Assembly (NCBI GenBank): GCA_038087875.1
Contig: CM075988.1
Location: forward strand, 26,476,001 to 26,540,000
DNA from: Malacoraja senta
Taxonomy: Eukaryota
Direction of reading: 5' to 3'
DNA: 64,000 bases
The notes below the pieces were generated by a model, which saw nothing but the letters and a program-made list of their open reading frames with translations, was not told the DNA's origin and ran no database searches. A program made the translations under genes and the position numbers. Of this stretch, positions 13,601 through 28,600 are shown in pieces. Position 1 is the first letter of the stretch, and each line of letters begins with the position of its first letter.

Positions 13601-16600
13601 CTCAGGCTCATTGCCATTCAAATTGGAGGAGCAGTTGGGATAGTATTAAGAACCTTGCGTTCATGCATTGGGAGAGCACAGGGGTCCTGAGTAAATGGCA
13701 AGAGTGCACCACTTCATCAACTACCTATTTACCGAACAAGACACACAACTACATAAAAGTTAACTTCAACATCCACCACAGCGGATTCCCCACATTCCTC
13801 AATTGATGGAAGGCAATAAAATCTAATCTTCCTCTTTATTCTCTGCGGTCGGGGCAGTCGAGGTATTCGCAGTCGGGGTGATCGAAGCTCCCGCAGCCGG
13901 CGATCAAAGCTCCCGCATCGGGGCGGTCAAAGCTCCTGTGGTTGGAGCTCCCGGAGCCGGTCTCTAACCAGAGCCCGTGAGCTCCACGATGTTAAAGTCC
14001 GCAGGCTCCCATGATTGGCGCTCCAAGGTCGATGCCCGTCAGGGATCATCAGCTCGGCAATGTTGTCCCGTAGTCTCCCGTGGTTGGAGCTCCCGCAGTC
14101 GGTCTCCAGCAAGAGTCTGCCAGCACCACGGTGTTAGGCCGCAGTGCTGACGGAGATACGATACAGGAAAAAATCGCATCTCCGTCGAGGTAAGAAATTT
14201 TAAAAAGTTTCCCCCAACCCCCACCCCCCACATAAAACAAGCTGAAGAACACTAAAACATACATTTAACACATACTAAAAAAACAACAAAGGAAGGGACG
14301 AGACAGACTGTTGGCGAGGCAGCCATTGCTGGCACAACCTGGTGAAAATTGCACACAATACTCCCGGCATGGTCTCACCAGGGCCCTGTACAACTGCAGT
14401 AGGACCTCCTTGCTCCTAAACTCAAATCCTCTCGCAATGAAGGCCAATATGCCATTAGCTTTCAGTGACTGATTTACAAGCACACCCAGGTCTCATTGCA
14501 TCTCCCCTTTGCCTAATCTGACACCATTCAGATAATAATCAGCCTTCCTGTTCTTGAAACCAAAGTGGATAACCACATTTATCCACATTATACTGCATCT
14601 GCCATGCATCTGCCCACTAACCCAACCTATCCAAGTCACCCTGCAGTCTCATAGCATCCTCCTCGCAGCTTACACTGCCACCCAGTTTTATGTCATCCAC
14701 AGACTTAGAGATGTCACATTTAATTCCCTCATCTTAATCATTAATATATATATATATCGACCGCCCTGACGCGGGAGCTTCAATTGCCCCAACGTGGAGG
14801 CTTCGACTGCTGGCTGCGGGAGCTTCGATCGCCCTGACTGCAGATGGCTCGACTGCCCCAACCATGGGAGAATAAGGAGGAAAGAAGATTAGACTTTATT
14901 ACCTTCCATCACAGTGGGAATGTGGGGAATCCACTGTGGTGGATGTTTATGTTAACTTTTGTGTAGTGTGTGTCTTGTTGCTTTTTTTAGTATGGCTGTA
15001 TGGTAATTCACATATCACTATACCTTAATTGGTCAGATGTTACTGTAGATAACTTTGTTGTGGATTACACACCGCAGAGTGTACAGAGCCACAGTCTGTA
15101 GTGTTGTTCTTCCTAAACCACTGTGTGTAATAAAACGACATCACTTGTATTCATAAAGATTACAAGTTCTAGCATAAAGATTAAATTCATGGCTAATTCC
15201 ATAACAATATAATTAGTGCTTGACAGCTTTTGAATTACTGAAATGAGCAAGTTTAAACTATCAAAAATATGCCAACGTTTTATCTATCAATGAGATAGAT
15301 CATGGTTTTGTTATTTTTGAAATCTTAGTGCTTACAATCACAGATCAATATGAAGAAAACACTGGGCTGTGAAAATAAATGTTACTTTAACTGCAAAAAT
15401 CTGTGTCTTACAATGATTTTGTTTTAATGGACATCGGCCATCTAGCATCAATGTTCTGTGTTTATACATCACTTCAAAGGTCGTCCTGTTCTAAACTACA
15501 TTTTCTTAGTTTTTAGGCAGCTGCTTCCGAATACACAGAAGACAACGATATACTATTCCAGGGTAAAGGGATTAGAGAGTATCAGCCCTCTGCTCAAATC
15601 TATTGATGAAACTCCAGAACCCATTTTAGCAAATGTCAAAGGGGACTTTCCCAAATGGTTAAGGGGAAATCTGCTGAGAAATGGGCCTGGGAAGTTCGAA
15701 TTTGGAAATGACAGGTAGGCATATTTTCTTGCCCATGTTTTATTGCACAAAATACTGTCAGTTCCACAAGATGCTTCACTGCCTGGTCAAGCAATTTAGT
15801 TTAGTTTAGAGATACATCATGGACACGGGCCAACCCAACTGTCTTGCTGTCATGATTCTCCCATTCATCATGTGAAGTTATTTATAATACGCAGGGTACA
15901 AGAATAGTCGGTATGAAAGGCAGATAGAATTTTCTTTCCAATTTCCTATACTTGTCACATATTCTTGTAATGTAGAAGGTGTGAAGTTGTTTGTACGTGT
16001 AAGACGGAATTGCTGATGCTGTTTAAACTGAAGATAAGACACAAAAAGCTGGAGTAACTCGTCGGGACAGGCAGCATCTCTGTAGAAAAGGAATGGGTGA
16101 TGTTTCGGGTCGAGACCCTTCTTCTCAGTTGTTTGTAGGTCAGTTACCTAAAAGTGGTGACGTTAATGTTCATGCCATTAAGTTGCAAGTTACCCAAGTG
16201 GAGTACACTGGCTCTCAGGACAATCACATGAAACCCATTCCCTCCACTTATCTCTCTGTAACTTATTGCCTCTTACATGCCTGTCAACTATCCCACGATT
16301 CTCCTGCCACCCACCAATACCAGGGACAACTTACTATCTATTAACCACATAAAACACTGTCAACCATGCTCAAAAATGTATTCAATGGTTGATCAAAATA
16401 CATGTACCTAAAATTGATTGGGGCCTCTCAGGCGACCATTTACACTGGTCAGTCAGCGGGTTCACCAGTCAGTGGGTTTAGAATCAATCAATAAATATTT
16501 TGTTCAAAGGTCTGCCCCTCATAAATTCAGTATCAGATGAGACCCAGAGTCATGTGCAGCTTAACCGGCTTTGCCTAATTAACCTATCCTTTTATGCTAA

Positions 16601-19600
16601 TTGAAGACAACGGAGATAGAGTATGTTGAAGGGCTATAGAGTGTGGGGAGCAAGGTTTGTGAACTTGAAAGAAAATCAATACTTTGTCAAATTTTTGTGA
16701 CAAGATCCAATTTCTAAGTAGCAATGTTTTACTAAACCTGGTCTATTCTCATTTTAGATATAACCACTTGTTTGATGGCATGGCCTTGATGCATCAGTTC
16801 AGAATTGATGATGGTATTATAACATACATGAGCAAGTTTCTACAGAGTGACGCATACTGCATCAACAGCGCACATGACCGAATCATGATATCGGAGTTTG
16901 GAACGGTAGCCATGCCGGACCCATGTAAAAGCATTTTTGAACGCTTCACTAGTCGATTTGATATATTGGGTAGGTGTCAAATATATCAATTTAATTTGTC
17001 ATTGAAACCTTGGAAGGTCAAGCTTAATGTTTACTTCAAATACCGTTTTGTTTTAAGATGCAACAGATAATGGCTCTGTGAACTTTGCGTTGTACAAGGG
17101 GGATTACTATGCTACCACAGAAACTAATTTTATCCACAAAGTGAATCCACATACCCTTGAAACAGAAGAAAAGGTAAGATTCACTTTATTGTTTTATGAA
17201 TCAAACTTCATTTTGTGAAGATTATTTCAAATATGATACTTCTTTGCTGTTGGAAACAAAACTTAATTCAAACATGATTACATTGATATTGTAGGACTGG
17301 AGTCTCCCCTGCCCTCTATATTTGCAGTGTGCTGCTAATGTGACCATTGGCCACTCTCCAGAATTTCTGGCTGAACTTTGTTAGTCAATAATTGCTAGAA
17401 TTCCTCATGAATTCCTTTATTTGAATTTGGGATGAGAGCAATCTTGATCTGAGAGCTGATGTAGGTTCCCGTTTTTCTTTATCCATTCTCACTATGTGTT
17501 TCATCTGATGAAAGGGTCTCGACCCGAAACATCACCCATTCCTTTTCTCCAGAGATGCTGCCTGTCCTGCTGAGTAACTCCAGCTTTTTGTATCTATCAA
17601 CAGTATGTATTTCATCCTTTCACTATTCGTATGATTAATCCTCCATTGATCCCATGAGAAATGGCTTCCTGTGAATGATCGGCTCACTTGTCAATGGCCC
17701 AGCTGCCAATGTATTTTGGGAAGTGACTAGCACCTCTCCCTTGAATGTAGTAACTTTCTCAGTGACCCATCTGCCAACATCTGCTGATGAATGACCAGTT
17801 CACCCTTCCTCACTGACTGCAGTAACTGTGACAGAAAGCTCTGACTTGTAAAGTAAAGTCTATTGCCAAAAACAATGGAAAAAGAAGCTGTCCCCATCCT
17901 CTAACACTGATTCTGCACCCTCCTATCTTCCTATCCAATGTTTGTGCCATCTAGTTATCTCTGTTTTTTTAATGAGTCCAAAGGAATATAGGTGGAAGGG
18001 GACAGGTCCAGGTGGGGCATCGGGAAGAGAGGGGGAGACAAAGGTGGTGCTAGGTATTTTTAGGTTAGTAACCTAGAATTGGAGATTTCAATGTTCATAC
18101 CGTTGGGTTGCAAGCGATCTAAGCAGAATATGAGGTGCTGTTCCTCCAGTGTGCATGTGTCCACACTCTGGATTAGTGTCAATGGTGGCTTGACAGTCAA
18201 AATGTCAAAATACTTCCAATCTATATGACTCAATGACAACTGACACCTAAAAGCCTTCAAACTACCTGGGGAGTGACTCAATGTGAAACACCTTCAAACT
18301 ACGTAGGGACTCACTTAATGTGAATCCAATCTCCTTTCGGCCAGAGAAACTGTGAAAGTGAAATATTTGCATTTTAAAAATAATCTCTGTTGTTTATGAT
18401 GTTCTTTCTAGATAAATTTGACCAAATATATTGCAGTGAATGGAGCCACAGCCCACCCACATTATGATCCAGATGGAACAACATACAATATGGGCAACTC
18501 CTATGGCAAACATGGTATATCTACCTGTTAACAACGTAACCATTCTGTTAATGTCTACAAACATCCTCTGAGAACTATAGAGTTGGATCTATTTCAAGCT
18601 TAATAAAACTTTATTTTACATATGAACAGGTGCATTGTACTTTCACAAGTGAAGTTCTTCTTGTCAGCTGGCATTAGTGTAAGAGAGTCAACACTTGTAA
18701 TCCGTGATCCTCTTCATTCAACTACTCCTAACCCTCACCCTTAACCTTGTAAATCCAACAACTGAAAATTATTGTAAAGTATTAGACTTTTGTGCTACTC
18801 TTCTGCTGCAAGATCTTGCATGTTAATGTTTGATGCAGCCAAGCTAAGTAAAATACAAAAACAGATTTTGGCAGTTTTATTTGCAATTGGACATCCAACA
18901 AATTGTGCTTGGGAAATGCATCAGCACCAGTACAATAGAAATGTGTCTTACATTAAAACCGGAATACATTCCAGAAGCTGTAGGTGTAGTCCAGACCATA
19001 ACATAGACCAGACACCCCACCATTGACTCCATCTACACTTCATGCTACCTTGGAAAAGAAGGCAACATAATCAAAGGCTTGTCCCATCATGGACATACCT
19101 TTTTCTCCCAAACGTTTGGTTTTCAAGAGGGAATTGGAAAACCATTTGAAGGCCAAGTAAGTTGGAAAAGAGTGAGGGAGTGGAAATGGCTGTACTTCTC
19201 TACATACCTTGACCCAATGAGCAGAATGGAACAAAAGAAAGAATTGGAATAAAAATTGTATACTTTCAGATCCATGGGCTACATTTTGATTTTCTCTGCT
19301 GTACCAATTCTGATTTCATGATTTCTGTTCCAAATGATTTCTTGGATGAAATTGTAGACTATTCATACCTAGAAATTGCATCACATAATAATGCAATCTA
19401 ATTTCAGTGAAAAATAAAATGTGTTTGAAAATCAGAAACTTTGTCCATGGACCTGAAAGTATATGATGTTTGTTCCAATTCTTTCTGACGATGCATGGGG
19501 CCGGGACATTCACACTGAATCCAGCAACCTTGGACAGCACGTTAACACCACGTGGCCAGTTACCTCAGTTCCATCAGTGTGGGTCTTGTCTGCATGGAGT

Positions 19601-22600
19601 TACATACCATCTCTGTGAGACAAGGAGACATTTTTAGTTTACATAGTTTAAAGATACAGGGCAGAAACAGGCCCTTTGGCCCACCAAGTAGCAATGTTAC
19701 AAAATTTTGAGATTTTAAAAATAAAGTCTGCAATTTATCCCATCAGATAAAGCATAAAAAGAAGTTTAATTTGACACTTAATTCACTTTCATATCTTCAG
19801 TATTAAAAAAGTTATGGCCATTATCATACTCAGAAATTTGCATCTAGTTCCCTATTGCTTTTCCATTGACTTAACACAAAAGCTGTGATCGAGGACAGTT
19901 AAAAGCCCATAACTTTCTTAAAAATTATGATAACTGAAAGGAATGTTCAGTTATTATAGATTGAAGCATTCTGAAACAAATATGAAACAATCTTACTTCG
20001 AAGACATGAAAGTAAAGCATATAATTAGTTAGTTACCTAATTGTAGCTAATTACAAAATTCAATTACTAGATCTAAACATCTATCAATTTCTTAAGAATA
20101 GATTAACATTTTTAAATAGCCTAAGTGTCCAAATAACATTCACACAATAATTCACAATATAACATAATTTTTAAATCTAATTTTCATGAATTTACAGGCC
20201 AAATGGAAGGAATTGAATGTTTAATACCTGTAAATTAATGGGCATTTAATTCATCTTGTGAGTGAGGATTTCTGGAACGCGATCTTTTGGAACGTTCATT
20301 TGCGGTGAATTTAACCCCGTATTGGCATGAAAAATACTGCCGTTAATTCGGGGAATAAAATCACCGTGTCGCATGAAAAAATGTGAATTAAAGGCTTCTT
20401 AAGAAGCACTTTTATACATTTAAAGAAACCACTTTCGTTTACCTGTCCCGTGTGTGAAATCCGTCCCCGTTATCGGCGTTGACGCTTCAGGAGTTGATTT
20501 TAAAATTACTCTAGCGCTGACATTGGCGATTTAATAAAAATAAAAAATACACAAAAGGCCACTAGGAACGATTTGTCAGCCAAGGCTTGTACTCCAACAA
20601 AATATTAACCAGGACAAGGGAGGAGAAACCCGCGTTTTAACCTCGCCCCCCCCCCCTTAAAGGCGCCAAAATCGCGCACACGGCCAGTGGCAGAATTACA
20701 GCGCGACTGAAGGTAAGTTTTGTAACATACCTACACCAAGTCTGCGCCAACCACGATCACCCCGTACACTAGCACTATCCTATACACTAGGGACAATTTA
20801 CAATTCTTACCAAAGCCAATTAACCACAAACCTGTATGTCTTTGGAGTGTGGGAAGAAACTGGAGCACCCGGAGAAAATCCACACAGGCCACAGGAAGAA
20901 TGTACAAACTCCATACGGACAGCACCCGTGGTCAGGATCGAACCCAGGTCTCCGGCGCTGTAAAGCAGCAATTCTAGCACTGCGCCACCATGCTGTAACT
21001 TTGAGCACCTTATATCTTTTCCTCCATCCACCTGGTAATTTCTTCACCTGACTGATCTCGGAAAAGACTGTCTGTTTTGGTGTTGGGCATGTGACTACTG
21101 TGACATGCCAAACCTGCCTGATTGAGTGCAAGTGGAGTTGGCTTGGGAGAGGACACTGATGTCTGAAGAAGGGTCGCAACCCAAAATGTCACCCTTTCCT
21201 TCTCTCCAGAGATGCTGCCTGTCCCGCTAAGTTACTCCAGCATTTTGTGTCTACACTGATGTTGACCCAACTCCAGGCTCATCACCCTTGCCTGACATTT
21301 TTCTATATCCACTAACATTGTGAACGACCTAGCTGTTAACTCCTGAATGCTGAATGCACTCAACCTCTTTGTTCAGTTTCATTTTTAGTTTAGTTGAGTT
21401 TAGTCTTCCTGGCTTTTGCTCCAGCAACTCTACGAGCTGGACCTGGGTGGGAATGATTACCTTTGCATGCAATGTACTGGTGAAGTGAGATCAGACGAAG
21501 GTTTCAACGCTGAGAAACACAAGTGTGGATCTAATCGACTGATTATGCTTTGTGTTTTATTTTGTAGGTACGATGTTTAATATCATTGCAGTTCCTCCAC
21601 AGATGTCAGATGATGAGGAGACACTTCAAGGAGCAAAGATAGTTTGTGGCTTTGAACCAGAGGACAGCTTAAACCCTTCTTATTACCACAGCTTTGGTTT
21701 GTTGTACTTACTAATTGACAGCTGAAAATATGAACCAATATTTACATCTTCGTGTATTAAGGATGAACTGCAATATTTCTCTCTCGTGTTTTAAAACACG
21801 TTTTTACCTGTATATAATATCACAAGCTATCTAAAATATAACTTTTGTTTATTTTTAAGAATAGCACCATTTTTGGATGAGTACCTGATCCAAGCATCAG
21901 GCACGTACTGCAGTACCTAATCAATGTCAAAAGGAATGGCAGAAGATAAATAAAGAAAAGCATAAGGAGAAATTATTAATAATTTTAAAGATTGCAAACT
22001 AGGAGAAGATTGAGGGAGATAAGTTATAAGTGGATGGCCATTACAGAAGTCTCTACATATTATGAAACTTTGTAAAATGATTGATTCAAAAAATGAATGT
22101 TGTTATTTTCTTTCCAAGTGGAGGGGGTAAACATGCATTAATTCAGTAATCCTGTATAATTTATTCATCTCCATTTTCAAAAGGATATGTCTAATCTAAA
22201 ACTGGAAGGATATTATCTACTCACAAGGTGGTATAAATTTCCAACAGAAGCAATTGAGGTTGCATTAAATAATATTTAAAATATACCCTGGCTGAAGCAA
22301 AATAAAACAAGTGATGAAAAATATATAAAATAAGCATTGAACTTTGTAATCATATACTTACAGGATTTTATTTTTCTGTGACAGGAATGACCAAAAACTA
22401 CATCATCTTTGTTGAGCAACCTCTAAAAATAAATGTAATGAAAATTCTCACATCCAAACTCAGGGGCAAAAGTATTGGTTCTTCAATAAACTGGAATCCA
22501 GAACTCAACACCATTATCCATGTAGCAAATAAACACACAGGAGAGGTAACTCATTGACATTATACCTTATGGAAAATTTTGTTTTTGTTCATACTTTCAG

Positions 22601-25600
22601 GTATCAGGTATAATTTATGTACCAAAGGCTAGAGGGTGGAACAAACTATTCAGTGTTCTGAGATTATACACTATGAAGAAGGCTATTCATGTTGGGAATT
22701 CACTTAAATTATGCAATTAATAAAGTAACAATAGCCCAATATTGTCTGCCACATTAACCATATAATCAGCAGAAAGTTGGCGAATGCTTTACTTTCTTCA
22801 AGAAGGAAGAACGTTTGGCCCAGGTGGACTATTCTCAATCTGGCATCACATGCTTCCAAAATGGCTTGCTCCAACAGGGTGTTGTGATAAGCCTTTTAAT
22901 GAGTCAGCTAGCTGCTATTCCAGCTAGATAAAAATGAGGTGCAGATGGAGAGAAGGGGAATGGCCAAAGAACTTCCCTAACTGCTCTATTGTTAAATATG
23001 CATCTTAACATCAGAAAATGAACATTGAAGATCCTGAAAACACCTTGTTTGTTTCCTGATTTTGCAGAGGTAGCTAATCTCAGCCAGTATGCCCATCCAA
23101 GCTCTATAAATGGTACAGGAGAAAATGAATTAATAAACCTCAGAATCAATCAGCATTGATATCTATTGGAAAATTTATGATTGCAGACTTTGTGCATGAT
23201 TAGGAGTGTTGCTAGGAGTGGTGCTCAATGAGGAGAGAGTCCTGCAGGCATTGATGACCTTCTGTTGTACCATGCTGTTACTGCATACAAGGTGAGATAG
23301 ATGGCAAGAGTGGGAGAATATTGGATAAAGTACAGTTTCTGGAAGCATCAGAACAAGGTGATATATGGTAGCATCTCACCCCAAATCCATTGTATCATGA
23401 GTAAGGCAGAAGCTGGGAGCCACTCACCTGCCAGTATATGTGCAACGCCTACAATACTCAACCTCCATACCATGCACACCAAAGTGATCAACTTGATTGG
23501 CACCTTATCCCCCAGCCCAATCATTCATTCCCTCTGCCAATGTTGCAGTGTGTGCTACCCACAAAATGCACCAGTTATTCACCAACTTACTTCCTATCCA
23601 TGTTCTGTCACAAAGAACAAGGGCAGCAAATGTGTGGAAATAGTACCACCTGCAAATTACCCTCTGAATTGCACATCATGCCAACTTGGAAATTATTCTC
23701 TGTCCCTTCATTGTTGCTGGATCTAAATCCAACTCCTTACACAACAGCAATATGGAAGGAGAAGAAAAGAACAGCTGGAGGAACTCAGCGTGCCAAGCAG
23801 CATCTGTGGAGGGAAACGGACAGATGTTGTTTCCGTTCCTGACTTCTGAATGATGGGTGGGTCTAAAGAAGGGTCTCTATCTGAAACATCATCAGCCATT
23901 AGTCTAAAGAAGGGCAATGACTCAAAATGTCTGGCCATGGAGGCTGCCTTCCTCCGGCAGTTTGTCTTTTGCTCAGGTTTCCAGCATCAGCAGTCTGTGG
24001 TGTCAGCATTATGCATGGACCTTCGTTTGAAGCACTGCAGCTGTTAAGGAAGGTCTCAAGATCGAAATTCGGGATAAAGCCAGTAAACTATATATTTTTT
24101 AAGTTGTAAAGTTGTTGCATCCCTCGGGGTTGAATTGTATTTGAACAATGGTCTTCCTTAATGCTCAGATTGCATTAACATTTCTCAGGCCAGGTGTCAC
24201 TGGGCAAATGAACAATTGCTCTAGATACATAATTGAAGGAACTTGCAGTCAAATTTCACCACCATGACTGAATCTTTCCCCTCCCACTCCAGACAAGATG
24301 TCTCGAACCCGGGCACCAGGCAGGCCACACAACATTTGGGACTCTTGATTCTTGTGGCAGGGAATAGTGGTTTCTCCCCTAACTATACCATCTCCAATGA
24401 CAATTACTCTTTTCTTGTCTGCTCTTGAATGGCTCCCTGAACCACAGTGCCCTGGTCAGGTTGCTCATCCTTCCTACAGCCCCCACACTCATCTGCACAG
24501 AGAGCAAGAATCTCACACCTGCCTGATTGAATAGGAACATGCAGCAAGTGCACTACTTGGATTTTAATTCTTATTTTGCCCTGGGTGAGTTAAATCTCTA
24601 CCTTAAAATTCTCTCTGGCCATGGGAGGAAAATGGCAGAGGGCCAACAACGTTGGTTAATTCCTCAGTTAAATGCGGTTGGAGAGTGTTGGACAAGGGAG
24701 CTAAGAATAGAGGAACAGATGAATGGTACTTTAAAAAGACAATGGTGAACCAATAAAGTAATTAACACTGTGAGCGTACACTTAACTATGTTAGCATTTG
24801 ATAAATATTGGTACTGATGAAGAAGATATTTGAATTTTCTCAGGTGACAGGATTATGGAAAATTTAACTTTTATTAAGTATCTTCACGTTCTTTTATAGA
24901 TCATTCCATTAAAATATTACACCAAAGCCTTCTGCATATTCCACCATATCAATGCCTTTGAAGATGATGGCTTCATTGTATTTGATATTTGCCACTTTGA
25001 AAGTGGGCATTTCCTGAATAATTTAACTCTGCAAAACCTGCAGAAAGATGGGGAAGAGTTGGATGAGGTAAAACCAAACTCTCTTTACACTTTCTCAGCT
25101 TTACATTTGACAGATTTAGAACTAGAAATAATAGCGCATTTCAGATGAATGATTATGAATATTGAAAATAATTTTAGAAATAAAATTTATTCATTGTGAA
25201 AAAAAAAAAAAAAAATTGTAAGTAGAGAATTTTAAAAAGGCAGATGCTGAAAATCTGAAATGAAAATATAAAATGTTGGAAACATATGTTCGCAGAACAT
25301 GCAGCACAAGATAGGTCCTTCAGCCCACAATGTCTGTTGCAAATATGATGCCAAGACCAACTCTTTTCTGCCTCCACATAATCCATATCCCTCCATTCCC
25401 TGCATATCCATGTGCCTATCTAAAAGTCTCCTAATGCTACTAGAGCATCTGCCTCTACCACCACCCCAGGCAGCGTATTCCAGGCATTCACCACGCTCTG
25501 TGTAAAAAAACTTCCCTCGCTTATCTCCTTTAAACTTCCCCCCTCTCCCCTTAAAGCTCTGACCTCTAGTCTTTAATATTTCCATCCTGGGAAAAAGATT

Positions 25601-28600
25601 CTGACTATCTACCATATCAATAACTGAAAATGTTGTATACTTCTATATCAGCTCTCCCCTCAACATTCAGCATTCTAGGGAAAACAATCCAAATATTTCC
25701 AACCTCTTCCTGTAGTTAATACCCCTTAATCCAGGCATCATTCTGGTAACCATCCTCTGCACCCTTTGCGCATAGTTTTCCCCCCTATCAGAACTAGGTC
25801 ATGCTCACTTTGTGCAAACATTAACAACTCAAAGTGTGGTATATTGCTGATGTAATCTACATGCAAATCTGACAAGCCAGTCAAAAGTTTTAATGAACTG
25901 TACTGATATCTGTGGACAGAAACATTAATGTTCATCCAAATATTTTTTTTAGATATTTACAACTTAGAGATTATGTTAAATCACATACACAGGAATACAG
26001 AACTAGAGAGACAGAGACTCTTGATGAATGTTTGATAAACATCCTAATACAGTTAAATTAATATCTCACATTTATAATACTCTTTTAGATAGTGAGATCC
26101 CGTCGATGGAATTATATAGACAAGCATGGGAAAATGAATTAGCTCAACCTATAACGAAAGATATTTGGGATGAAAGTCTACAACACATACATCAATGCTC
26201 GTTAAATGCCAGACATTCTTTAATACAATTTAAAGTACTGCATAGACTGCATTATTCTAAAACAAAATTAAATAGAATTTTTCCTAATATCTCCCCTGTC
26301 TGTGACAAATGTCAATATTCAGCGGCTAATTTAACCCATACTTTTGTAAATTGTATAAAAAAAATTAAAAATTCTGGACGGATAATTATAAAATTATTTC
26401 CGAAGTTGTTAATATCCAATTAGATCCCGACCCTAAACTAATAATATTGGGAATATCAGAACAATGCCTAAAACTTACAACAAGCCAAAGAAATGTCCTT
26501 GATTATAGTATAATAATTGGGAAAAAATTAATATTAACATTTTGGAAAAACCCAACAACCCCCACAATTAAAATGTGGATTATGGAGATGTCGGCGACCT
26601 TACATTTGGAAAAAATTAGACTTGTCTTAATTGACAAACCAGAATTATTTGCTAGAATATGGTCTCCATTTATAGATTATTTGAAGGGGTAGATTGGCCC
26701 AGCACGCGAGCCTGACTGAAACTTGAATCCAGGATTAGATGAATAGTTATGTTTTTTTAACCTATGTACCTATCTCCTAAGCTGTATTATTGATAATTTA
26801 CTCTATTTTTTTTTAATTCTCTTTTTTTTCTATCTTCTCTTTCTATCTATAAATAAAAATAAACAATTAGAAGCAGTGTTAATACGTAATTGATAAATGA
26901 GGATCCCAGCTATTTTGATAGCTGGGACCCTGGGACCCTAGATACTAATAATATGTTAAATCGTTAAACAAAGTCTGTATTGGTTTGGATTATGATATGC
27001 ATATGCTTCTAATAAAAAATATTATTAAAAAAAGAAAAAAAAAGAAACATTAATGTTCAACGGTCCTGGACCTGAAATGTTAACTCTTTCTCTTCTTGTC
27101 GATTCTGTCTGACCCACTGAGTGTTTCCTGTATTTTCTGGTTTTTAAACTAAATTGTATTCTGGTAGTGAACAGGATTTGTGCTGGACATTTCTTTATGC
27201 ATTGAAAAGTTTGAAGACTTTACATAGTTCATTAATGTTGTGTTTGACTTCTTTGTCAGATTTACACTTCTATTTCAACAGCAATATGTCCCAGTATAAC
27301 GAGTGTTGTTCATCTTTATGTTGGCTACTTTTGACCAGTGTACTATGTCAGGCACATCGAAATGGGGCAAATCATAGAACACAGTAAAAACACAAAGTGG
27401 TGGAAACACTGGTTAGGTCAGACAACAACTACAAGGAGGACCAGGGTTAACATATGACAGATGAGCTGGCCTGCTCAGATCTTCCTGCATTTTTGTTTTC
27501 ATTTCAGATTTTCAACTCCTGCGGCTTTTGGATTTTCAATCATGGACGGATATTTAGCGATTAATTGAATTAACAGCATATCATGTGTAAAATAGATATG
27601 AAATAGAACATTCATTTTCTGCCAAATTAACATATATTTGTTATAAATTTAATTTTCTTGCTGTTATTTGAATAAGAAAATAGACCATTTTCAGCCAGAG
27701 AGTTGTGAATCTGTGGGATTCTCTGCCACAGAATGCAGTGGAGAATTCACTGCATGTTTTCAAGAGAGTTAGATTTAGTTCTTAGGGCTAACAGAATCAA
27801 GGGATATGGGGAATAAGCAGGAACGGGGTACTGATTTTAGATGATGAGCCATGATCATATTGAATGGCTTGAAGGGCCGAATGGCCCACTCCCGCACCTA
27901 TTTTTCTATGTCTCTAGGTTTCTATGAAAGGCAAATCATATTGACCAATATGTAGGATGGTTTGAGGCTTTACCTAAGTTAATAGATAAGGGGCTACCAA
28001 TGGGGAGAGTACAATGAAGAGTCATGAAACAAGTTGCTGGGGGAACTCGACAGGCCAGGCAGCATCAAAGTCCAAATACTTTCTGTGTCAAAAATGTATT
28101 GCAAATGTTTTTACAGATATGCTAATCGATTTTAAATTATATTCTGTTTAAGATATATAACACAGGTCCAAAAGGATTTCCACGAAGATTTGTCTTGCCT
28201 TTGAACATCTGCTCCAACACACCAATTGAACAGAACCTCAATACTTTGACATACAGCAGCGCATCTGCCTTCAGAACGGCTGATGGAAAGGCATGTTCTT
28301 TATTTGTTACTGGCATGTCAATGTTTGTTTAATTTGTGCAAGTTTATTTTTTTTGTGCAAGTTTAGTTTATTTTTGTAATAAACTGTATCTTGTTTGTGG
28401 TCAGCTTCCTCATGGATGATTCTTGTTTGTGGTCAGCTTCCTCATGGATGATTCTTGTTTGTGGTCAGCTTCCTCATGGATGATGTCTGAAGCTAAATGT
28501 ATTCATTTAAATTTAGAAGAAGTCATATTGTTGAGCCCTTGATCCCTTACCCCTTAAAAATACCAGGATGCACATTCATTTTTGACAGGAAGTGTACCAG

